Below are positions 56,000-64,000 of a DNA stretch of 64,000 nt, one piece after another. The stretch lies in IMG/VR virus record IMGVR_UViG_3300027754_005987, positions 45,205-109,204 of that record, one strand, 5' to 3'. Under the pieces are notes generated by a model that saw nothing but the letters and a program-made list of their open reading frames with translations, searched no databases and was not told where the DNA came from. The position numbers and the translations under genes were made by a program. This DNA is from a virus. Positions within the stretch are counted from its first letter, which is position 1; every line of letters begins with the position of its first letter.

Positions 56000-58179
56000 T
56001 GGGAAACATACTAAATTTCAATTTTAATAAATTAGACCTTAAGTTATCAAATTCTGACTATTGGGATTTCTTTTTGGTAAGTGATGAATACAATACTTGT
56101 GGTTATACACCGCAATTTAGTGGGGATTGTTTTGTTGTTTGGTATGATTTCAATAATCCAGCAACTTTTGCCAATAGTCAAATGTCAGCGACATCAATTT
56201 ATAGTCTTGTTAGTTGGTCTAAAGCCGTTAATACTGGTTATACATTAGACGCATTTGGTATTACTGGTATTGATAATGGATTTTTGACTTTTAATAAAGA
56301 AAGTGGCGATACTAAAAATGAAGCTTTGCTAAGTGTTTTAACTGGAAGTACTTTAATAATACCATCTGGAGAAACTAGGTTAAGATTAAATAGAGTTACT
56401 GGAACCACTGGTAATTATATATACCCTATTGAAATATTAAATGATACAACTGGATATTATACACAATATTGTGGTGGTTTTCATCAAGGTTATTATAAAA
56501 TAGATGGAACTACATATGAAGCATTACCAACAAGAGTAAATCAAGCTTGGGCTGCTGAATTTTGGTTATTACCACAAGATTTTTGTACTGGACATACTGG
56601 AACTACATTAAATGATGATTTCCCAGATAATAAGGGTATTTTCTTTTATATGGGTACCCGTGCTGAGAATAAATTTTGGAATATTTTTAGTGGTGTTAGC
56701 ACTGGTTGTACTAGTGGTTGCACAATTCCATCTGGTTGTACTGAACCTCTTAATCCATGGTGTACAGTTACCAAAGAAAATGAAGTTTCAATAATCAATG
56801 ATGATGGGATTTTAATACCTTTAGACCCACCACAACTACAAATAGATTTGATAACAAATCCATTTTTAATTTATGGTAGAGCAAATAGTAAACCTTACCC
56901 TACAGTTAGCGGTAACCCAGAACCAAATGACGTATTTTTTTATGTTAATTCAGTTAGTTCAACTGATGATGAACCATGTACATGTAATAATTGTCATAAA
57001 TGTTATACAAAAGGTTTTGGTTTAGGTTCTAAAAAAGCTCACGACTATGATGGTAAGGGTTTATTTGTTGTTAAAAAAGATACTGAAATAAGTAACACAC
57101 AAAATCCTTTTTTAATTTATGGAAGAGCTAGCGGTAATGTTTCAGGTTGTAAATGTAATGCTTGTAGTGGGAGTGGTGATGGTTTAGGTAGTGAAACAGT
57201 GTGTTCTTTTACTGGTTTTACAAAAGATAAATTAGAATTAGATTATAATACAGATATTATAGATAACGCATTAGCTTTTAGAATAAAAGATGATGGAAGT
57301 ATTGGTTATAGATTATTAACTTATACTGGCACTTGTATTACAAGCGCTACTGGAAGTACTTATGTTAGTGGTGTGACCGTAGAAGAAGCGTATTCGCTTT
57401 CTGGTATGGTATCAGCAAATACATGGTCCTATATTGTTATTAGATTTGTAACAAATTATTTAGATGATTGCGAATTAGCTATTAAAAAACCTAGAAAGGG
57501 TAAATTAATGTTTTATGTGAACGCTAAATTAAAATTTGTGGTTAACGAATTTGATGAAATTGTAGCTAGGAGACTAAATGAATATTATTCAAAACAGATA
57601 GGTGTACCATTTAATATTAGTCTTGGTGGTGGTAGTCAGGGATTGTTAGAAAGTCAAACATTTGATGGTTTAGACATGGCTGATAGAGACTTACCAATTG
57701 AAAAGAATTTTGCTGGAACGTTTATAGGTGGAATATCACAATTTAAATTTAATATTTGTGATTTAAATTATAACGATATACAAAATACTTATATTTATGA
57801 GAAAGAAAGGTACAGTGGCGTGGTAATAATACCTAACAAACCAGCTCCAAGTCATATATATTATGGCAAGTTTAATGGAACAAGTATTACTTCAGCTGAG
57901 ACAATTAGTAATTTGACACTTAAATACACTGAAAGTGTTGTTAATACTTATGTTACAGTACCAGCGGTAAATGGTTATGGTTATGTGTTGATTCCATCTA
58001 CATTGACACAACCAAGTGACTTTAGAAACAGTCTTTACGGTTGTACAGGGTTTAATATACCTTATGTGGTGTTACAAGATATAATAATAGTGGATTCTAA
58101 CGGATTCTCAATAACATATAAAGTATATAGAACATTTAACACAACATTTGGTTCATTGAACATGTGGATGTGTGATTAA
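55999..58179 (+). CDS. Cys-rich virion structural protein, possibly LamG-like (start moved to ATG 55999)
   Basis: TAATG overlap with the upstream gene; W..IVIRF...LMFYVN...FNISLGGG...FIGGISQFK; two NPFLIYGRA repeats. Confidence 0.6.
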   Translation: MGNILNFNFNKLDLKLSNSDYWDFFLVSDEYNTCGYTPQFSGDCFVVWYDFNNPATFANSQMSATSIYSLVSWSKAVNTGYTLDAFGITGIDNGFLTFNKESGDTKNEALLSVLTGSTLIIPSGETRLRLNRVTGTTGNYIYPIEILNDTTGYYTQYCGGFHQGYYKIDGTTYEALPTRVNQAWAAEFWLLPQDFCTGHTGTTLNDDFPDNKGIFFYMGTRAENKFWNIFSGVSTGCTSGCTIPSGCTEPLNPWCTVTKENEVSIINDDGILIPLDPPQLQIDLITNPFLIYGRANSKPYPTVSGNPEPNDVFFYVNSVSSTDDEPCTCNNCHKCYTKGFGLGSKKAHDYDGKGLFVVKKDTEISNTQNPFLIYGRASGNVSGCKCNACSGSGDGLGSETVCSFTGFTKDKLELDYNTDIIDNALAFRIKDDGSIGYRLLTYTGTCITSATGSTYVSGVTVEEAYSLSGMVSANTWSYIVIRFVTNYLDDCELAIKKPRKGKLMFYVNAKLKFVVNEFDEIVARRLNEYYSKQIGVPFNISLGGGSQGLLESQTFDGLDMADRDLPIEKNFAGTFIGGISQFKFNICDLNYNDIQNTYIYEKERYSGVVIIPNKPAPSHIYYGKFNGTSITSAETISNLTLKYTESVVNTYVTVPAVNGYGYVLIPSTLTQPSDFRNSLYGCTGFNIPYVVLQDIIIVDSNGFSITYKVYRTFNTTFGSLNMWMCD

Positions 58180-58203
58180 AATATAAAAATTATAAAATAA
58201 ATT

Positions 58204-60870
58204 ATGGCAAATTTTAGCTTTTCTGGTGGTGTTGGTATAATTGGGTTTATATCACCTGTAGATACAAATGATACTTATGCGGTTATTGACCCGATTTATG
58301 GTATTGATGGTTTTAGAAACGTTGATACATTATCGGATTTACATTTAATATCGGCTGGAAGAAGAAGAGCTGGAATGGTTGTTGGTGTTGATAATGGTTC
58401 AAATTATTATAAATTAAAAGCTGAACCATGGTCTTATGATATATCAGATTGGGAAACGTTTGGAATATTCGCAACTGGTGCTACATTTATTGATAACATA
58501 TTAACAATCACAAATAATGATGGTACTCAAATATCTTCAATAATTGATGATTTTAGTGGACTTACGGTTAATGGTGTAATAACCGCAACAACCGTTTCTG
58601 CCACAACATTTTATGGTGATGGTAGTAAATTAAGTGGTATTGTAACTGATAACTTTTATACAACAGGATTTACATATAATAATAATAATACTTTTGCAAT
58701 TGAGCGTAATGGTAATTTACCAGTATTAATCGCTAGGATTGATACTATGACTGGGTTAACAGTTAATGGTGATTTAATAACAAATACTATATCAGCAACC
58801 ACTTATTATAATTTACCTTTAGATATAAGAGTTACAGGTGCAACATATTCAAATAACACATTTACATACACAAACAATGCTAATGGTAGTTTTAATGTGT
58901 TATTTAATACTGTTACAGGTTTAACAGTTAATGGTAAGTTAACAGTTACTGGTAATACAATACTTAATTCAACAAGTGCAACAACTTTAAATTTAAGTAA
59001 TTTACCTATTCAGAATAATTCAGCCACAGATATTCTAGCTAGAAACATATTAACAGGTGAAGTTGAATTTATTCCTGTTAGCGCTATAACACCCGACACA
59101 AATACATTCATAACTGGTACATCTTTTTCATCATTAACTAACATACTAACATTAAAAAGAAATGATAATGTTAATGTTACACAAAATATTAATAGTGAGT
59201 TTATTAATCAAGGTGTTTTCTATGTATCTAAACCAATTACAACATCAGGTTTATCAGCAACAATAACTGGATTAACACTTAATGGTATTGTATCAACTCA
59301 TACTGGTTACACACAACAATTATCAGTGGCAACTATGGGTTCTAAAGATAAACCATATCCATGTCCATGGTCAGCAAGAAATGCTGCATTAGATTTAATT
59401 GCTTCATCTGGTATAACATCAGCATTAATTATTATTGATAATGGTGATTTTACAGTAGGTTCTCCAACACCATCACAAAATGGTAATACAACAGGTAGTG
59501 CACCTAATAGTGTAGTTGTTGCTGATGTGTGTATTAGTAATAGTTATAATACTAACATTGCTTCATTATTACAAAATAAATTAACATATAGAACAAACCC
59601 TAATAGTTCATCTATAACTTATATAAATTCAGCTTATAATATATATTTTGCATATCATAGTGATAGCGTTAATGATGCTACATTTGAATGTAATATGTAT
59701 GGTTTAAATGTTTATCAAGTATATGGTCAAATAAATGGTTGGTTAGCAACATTTATGTTATTAGATAACGCTAGGTCTAAATGTACTTTAGATTTTAATA
59801 AATTATATTTACAACAAGCATATAATTTTAACATAAAATCATATGAAAGTCTTAATGTAAACATTAAAGAATGTAAATCAGCCGAAACAACATTTTTAGA
59901 ATTAAATAATAATAGAGATATAAGTGCTTTAAGCGCTACAACATCAGTATTAAATTTTTATATTGAAAACTTTTATTATGGTTATGGTAAGATACCATAT
60001 CCTAGTGACCCTACAGATTATTGGACAGGTGCACTTAACATTAATAGACAATTCGCATTAAGAAAAAAAATAATAAATGTTGAATATAAAAATATTGATA
60101 CAAATATTAATCCTGGTGGGTTATTTTATTTGGGTGCTGGTGGTGCAAGTGGTAATTTCATGAATACAACTATAAACTATAAAATTGGAAGTTTAATTGA
60201 AACAGAAAAAGATTTATATGTTGGCTCTTATTTAACTTATTCAACACTTTTATCAATTTTTGGTAGTCAAAATACAGTGTATTATGATAACTCATTTAAT
60301 TTTGAAGTTGGAAATGCTGTAACTGAAACAGCTTTATTTGGTAGTTATTCAGATTTAGGCAATATTGGTAGTGGAAATACTATATCATTTAAATGTGGAA
60401 AACATGTTAAGGTACCTAAAGTTACTTCGCAGTTTAGACTTAAAGAAAATGTGAATGCATCATTTGTTAGCGCTTCAAATTCTGGTGGAGTACCTACTAA
60501 TGTTGTAATAGACGGTACGTTTATTAATAGAGAAGCTGAAGCATTGGTAAGTGCGTATAACTACACTTATCAACATAGTAAAGTAATTGTTAAAGGTATA
60601 TATAAAACATATGGTACAGCTGTTCCAGCTATAACATTAAATAATATAAGAGATAAATACGTATCAATACAAGACGCTATTGTTATAAATGATGGTACTG
60701 TTGATTCAATTAAAAATGGTGTTTCGGTAAGTCCATTAATTGGGTCAAAACAACAAGCTTTTAGGAATATTTATTTTAAAAATGTAAGAACTAATTCAAC
60801 AATTGATTCATCAATTAATGAAGTTGGTGAAAATGTTATAATAAATCCTGACATAACTAACTATTTATAA
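58204..60870 (+). CDS. Tail fibre/receptor-binding-like protein
   Basis: T/S/G/N-rich; repeated TGLTVNG and SATT units in the N-half; beta-helix-like C-half. Confidence 0.65.
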   Translation: MANFSFSGGVGIIGFISPVDTNDTYAVIDPIYGIDGFRNVDTLSDLHLISAGRRRAGMVVGVDNGSNYYKLKAEPWSYDISDWETFGIFATGATFIDNILTITNNDGTQISSIIDDFSGLTVNGVITATTVSATTFYGDGSKLSGIVTDNFYTTGFTYNNNNTFAIERNGNLPVLIARIDTMTGLTVNGDLITNTISATTYYNLPLDIRVTGATYSNNTFTYTNNANGSFNVLFNTVTGLTVNGKLTVTGNTILNSTSATTLNLSNLPIQNNSATDILARNILTGEVEFIPVSAITPDTNTFITGTSFSSLTNILTLKRNDNVNVTQNINSEFINQGVFYVSKPITTSGLSATITGLTLNGIVSTHTGYTQQLSVATMGSKDKPYPCPWSARNAALDLIASSGITSALIIIDNGDFTVGSPTPSQNGNTTGSAPNSVVVADVCISNSYNTNIASLLQNKLTYRTNPNSSSITYINSAYNIYFAYHSDSVNDATFECNMYGLNVYQVYGQINGWLATFMLLDNARSKCTLDFNKLYLQQAYNFNIKSYESLNVNIKECKSAETTFLELNNNRDISALSATTSVLNFYIENFYYGYGKIPYPSDPTDYWTGALNINRQFALRKKIINVEYKNIDTNINPGGLFYLGAGGASGNFMNTTINYKIGSLIETEKDLYVGSYLTYSTLLSIFGSQNTVYYDNSFNFEVGNAVTETALFGSYSDLGNIGSGNTISFKCGKHVKVPKVTSQFRLKENVNASFVSASNSGGVPTNVVIDGTFINREAEALVSAYNYTYQHSKVIVKGIYKTYGTAVPAITLNNIRDKYVSIQDAIVINDGTVDSIKNGVSVSPLIGSKQQAFRNIYFKNVRTNSTIDSSINEVGENVIINPDITNYL

Positions 60871-60872
60871 TT

Positions 60873-61127
60873 ATGAAAGTAATATACGATAATAATGGTA
60901 TTGAAATAGCAAAAGATTTGTTAGATTCTATTATAGCAAAAACAAATGATACTTGTAAATATGTATATGTATACGATTCTTATTTGGAAGATGATATCTT
61001 AATTAAGAGACCTAATATTGATTGTAATACATTATATGAAACAGAAATGGTTTTAATTGATGATTCTATTTATTTAGAGTTAGAAAAATTAATTAATAAT
61101 AATGCACCAAATAATAATGAAATATGA
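60873..61127 (+). CDS. Small hypothetical protein
   Basis: 84-aa ORF in the fibre operon. Confidence 0.5.
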   Translation: MKVIYDNNGIEIAKDLLDSIIAKTNDTCKYVYVYDSYLEDDILIKRPNIDCNTLYETEMVLIDDSIYLELEKLINNNAPNNNEI

Positions 61128-61942
61128 GTGTTAGAAGTATAACAGGCGGTACTACAAGTATAAAATATACACAAATAACTGATACATTAGTAGATATAAC
61201 TGGTGTTACTAATAGTACTTATTTTTATAATAAAGCTGATAGTTTATCTTATTTCAAAGATAATGGTGGTAATATATTTCACACATTTACAGGTAGTTCA
61301 ACTTCTAATATTTCAACAAGTGGTTCAATATCAGCCACAACTTATCTTAATTTACCAATTGATGTCACAGTAACTGGTGCAACATATTCAAACAATACAT
61401 TCACTTATACGAATAATACAGGTGGTACATTTAATGTGTTATTTAATACACTTACAGGTTTAACTGTTAATGGTTCAATATCAGCCACAACAATATCTGG
61501 TGGTACATTTTATGGTAATGGTAGTAATTTAACTGGTATTATCCCACCATTGTCACAAGGTCAAATCTTTATTGGTGATAATACTAATAGTGCAGCTGCT
61601 AGAAACGTAATTGGTGATATTAATATTAATTATACTGGTAATACAACAATACAACCAAATGTTGTTACCTATTCTAAGATACAAAATGTCTCACAAGCAG
61701 CTGTATTAGGTAGCACATCAACTACTGGTGGTACTGTTGAAGAGATTGTGATGATAGAAGCGTATATAAACGCTAGTGGTACAACAGCTACATTATTAAG
61801 TACAACTGGTAATTGGGATATAAATGGTGTTTATATTGGTACAACAATAACTGGAACAACACAAGGTCAATCACATTATAATAGTGATTATTGGTTTACA
61901 GCTATTGATGATAATTCATGGATTAGAATGATAAGAGGATAA
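61124..61942 (+). CDS. Fibre-like structural protein
   Basis: Shares a ~49-aa module with the 58204 protein; FYGNGSNLTGI motif. Confidence 0.6.
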   Translation: MSVRSITGGTTSIKYTQITDTLVDITGVTNSTYFYNKADSLSYFKDNGGNIFHTFTGSSTSNISTSGSISATTYLNLPIDVTVTGATYSNNTFTYTNNTGGTFNVLFNTLTGLTVNGSISATTISGGTFYGNGSNLTGIIPPLSQGQIFIGDNTNSAAARNVIGDININYTGNTTIQPNVVTYSKIQNVSQAAVLGSTSTTGGTVEEIVMIEAYINASGTTATLLSTTGNWDINGVYIGTTITGTTQGQSHYNSDYWFTAIDDNSWIRMIRG

Positions 61943-61944
61943 AT

Positions 61945-62184
61945 ATGTTAAGCTTTAACGGTAAAATATTAAAAGTAACTAGAGATGGATTTGAGAAAAG
62001 ACATGATTTTGTATCGTCTGGTTCAACATCGTTCTCATATTGTGGTGTTGCACCACTTAATTCTAGTGAATCTGATTCAGTTTGGTATATAACAAGAGTC
62101 CAAATAGCTCAAGATGGTACAGTTGATAATAAAACAGCATCAAATGTGGCTTGGACAAATAGATTAACAACAACATATTCATAA
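61945..62184 (+). CDS. Small structural/fibre-associated protein
   Basis: YCGVAP...ESDSVWYITR...VAWTNR....Y motif. Confidence 0.55.
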   Translation: MLSFNGKILKVTRDGFEKRHDFVSSGSTSFSYCGVAPLNSSESDSVWYITRVQIAQDGTVDNKTASNVAWTNRLTTTYS

Positions 62185-62194
62185 TTAAAAATAT

Positions 62195-64000
62195 ATGGCA
62201 GTTAGATATGCAGTAGCAAGTGGAAATTGGAGTACGGGTAGTACATGGAATGGTGGTACTTTACCAACATCTAGTGATGATGTATTTTCAAATAACTTTA
62301 ATGTTACAATAGACCAAGATATCACAGTATTAAGCATCTCCACAGCCGCTTCAACACCTGCTGTTGCTGGTGGCGCATTTAGTGCAACAACAAGTAGAAC
62401 TATAAATGCTAATATTAATGGAGGAACGACAAATTGTTTAACTACAAATAATTCTTCCCCAATAACTATCACTATTAATGGTAATGTTACTGGTAACTTA
62501 ACAGGAACTAATAATTATGCTTTGGTTCATAATGGAACAGGAACTGTTACTGTATCAGGAACATGTAGTTTACCAACTAGTGGAGGTGCCCCAATATATA
62601 ATAGTTCAACTGGAATTATTAATATAATAGGTAATATTACAACTGGAAATAATAGTGGATTAGGTAATAAATGTGTTACAAACGCATCTACTGGTACCAT
62701 TAGTATTAGTGGAACTGTTAATGGAGGTGCTGGTACGTCTAATATTGGTGTTTTAAATTCATCTACTGGAACTATTAATGTAATTGGGAATGTACTTGGC
62801 GGTGCTGGTTCATTAGGTCATGGAATCCATAATAATGGAGCTGGAAACGTTAACGTAACTGGTAATATAACTGGTGGTACTGTTGGTTCTGCTTATGGTA
62901 TTCAAAATCAAATAAATGGTACTGTAATTATAAATGGAAATGTAACTGGCGGTATCGGTGGTGTATGTAGGGGTGTGGTAAATCAATTAAACGGAACTAT
63001 TACTGTAACTGGAATTGTTACTGGTGGGGCTGGTGATGTAGGATTACTTAATATCGCTACTGGTACAATAACAATAACTGGTACAACTGTTTCTGGTCTA
63101 AATTCTGCTGTAAGTAATGGTAGTACTGGTCCAATAACGATTAACGGAAATCAAATAGCTTCTGGAAATACTGGCGTTTACGCTATTTCAAACGGTTCAG
63201 CTGGTGTACTTACTATAAATGGTGATATTTTAGGTGCTTTAGCTACATCACCGTCATTAGCTTATGTAGTTAATAATGCTTCAACAGGTATTGTTAATAT
63301 AAATGGTTCGGTAATACAAAGAAGTATTGGACCATCTGGAAGTGTTGGTATTGTTACCAATTCATCAACTGGCACAATAAATGTAAGTGGTAATGTTGGT
63401 GGCGGTTCAATAGGAAATAGTATTGCAATAAATAACGCATCAACAGGTACAATAAATGTAATTGGAAGTATAAGCGGTGGAACAAATGCAACAACTACAC
63501 CAGCAATATATTCAACAACAGCTGGTGTTATAAATGTAAGTGGTGAAACTGCATCTGGTTTATATCCAGCATTATATTCAACAAGTACAACAGCAATAAA
63601 TAGATTAAAAGGTAATATTAAATCATTTAATGGTTTATTACCATTTATTGCTTGGAAGATAAATTGTGACCCATTATCAGCACAAACAATTACATTACAA
63701 GATACAAATAATACAGATAGAATATTTGGTACATCAAATGTATCTAATGGAGCACCATTACCAGCAAATGTTAGAAGTGGTATTGTTTATGGTTCAATAA
63801 ATGAATTTACTGGTACGACTATAATGGCAACACCAGATAATGTAAGAAAAGGTGTATTAACAGATAATACTATAGGGACTGGACAATTAACAGCTGAAGA
63901 TTTCTTAAATGCAATTTCAACTGGTACTGACCCATTATCAATAAGATTACAAAATGTGTCAACAGTGCAATCCACTGGTGACCAAATATCAAATTATTAA
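62195..64000 (+). CDS. G/T/N/S-rich beta-helix repeat virion protein
   Basis: ASGNWS..STWNGG..P...DDV start; many N.STGTI.V.G.V.GG repeats; P.PANVR.G..YG tail; TAA at 63998-64000. Confidence 0.65.
   Translation: MAVRYAVASGNWSTGSTWNGGTLPTSSDDVFSNNFNVTIDQDITVLSISTAASTPAVAGGAFSATTSRTINANINGGTTNCLTTNNSSPITITINGNVTGNLTGTNNYALVHNGTGTVTVSGTCSLPTSGGAPIYNSSTGIINIIGNITTGNNSGLGNKCVTNASTGTISISGTVNGGAGTSNIGVLNSSTGTINVIGNVLGGAGSLGHGIHNNGAGNVNVTGNITGGTVGSAYGIQNQINGTVIINGNVTGGIGGVCRGVVNQLNGTITVTGIVTGGAGDVGLLNIATGTITITGTTVSGLNSAVSNGSTGPITINGNQIASGNTGVYAISNGSAGVLTINGDILGALATSPSLAYVVNNASTGIVNINGSVIQRSIGPSGSVGIVTNSSTGTINVSGNVGGGSIGNSIAINNASTGTINVIGSISGGTNATTTPAIYSTTAGVINVSGETASGLYPALYSTSTTAINRLKGNIKSFNGLLPFIAWKINCDPLSAQTITLQDTNNTDRIFGTSNVSNGAPLPANVRSGIVYGSINEFTGTTIMATPDNVRKGVLTDNTIGTGQLTAEDFLNAISTGTDPLSIRLQNVSTVQSTGDQISNY

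Noticed and set aside
58790-61475. Diversity-generating retroelement TR/VR pair
   Set aside because: Both copies are coding, differences are not adenine-specific, and no reverse transcriptase is present in the window
536-63975. Numerous 60-160 aa ORFs overlapping larger genes in the ORF track
   Set aside because: Antisense or out-of-frame shadows with atypical composition and no independent expression signals
1-64000. Stop-codon reassignment as seen in some huge phages
   Set aside because: Long ORFs tile the window under the standard code, and TAG (10627) and TGA (17408) end genes at sensible positions

Overview
AT-rich segment of a large tailed (jumbo, T4-superfamily-like) bacteriophage genome. 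It uses the standard genetic code, and I found no tRNA, rRNA or CRISPR array. Layout: (1) 1-5.7 kb, acidic modular proteins that look like protease-processed internal head proteins, the first two joined by an apparent -1 frameshift at an A10 run. (2) 5.8-16.6 kb, head module: intein-containing terminase, portal, prohead protease, scaffold and major capsid. (3) 16.7-24.9 kb, HNH nucleases, an ADP-ribosyltransferase-like protein, baseplate-type genes and a gp55-like sigma factor. (4) 24.9-49.8 kb, a minus-strand glycan-biosynthesis region with about 14 glycosyltransferase or GT-like genes (one with an intein), glf, rfbH, an RmlD-like reductase, an epimerase, FkbM, DUF3431, PhoH, dUTPase and two degenerate hydrolases. 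(5) 52.4-64 kb, tail-fibre and other virion surface proteins. Promoter motifs (TTG-N19/20-TATATTTG) and A-rich, SD-less leaders point to a Bacteroidota host. A second motif, (A/G)TATTTAT, which is the reverse complement of the T4 late promoter, precedes structural genes. The best candidate for a new system is phage-encoded virion glycosylation: the glycan cluster co-occurs with a dense [S/T]-[G/A]-x-[T/S] motif confined to predicted virion surface proteins. All family assignments come from motif recognition by eye, not from database searches.
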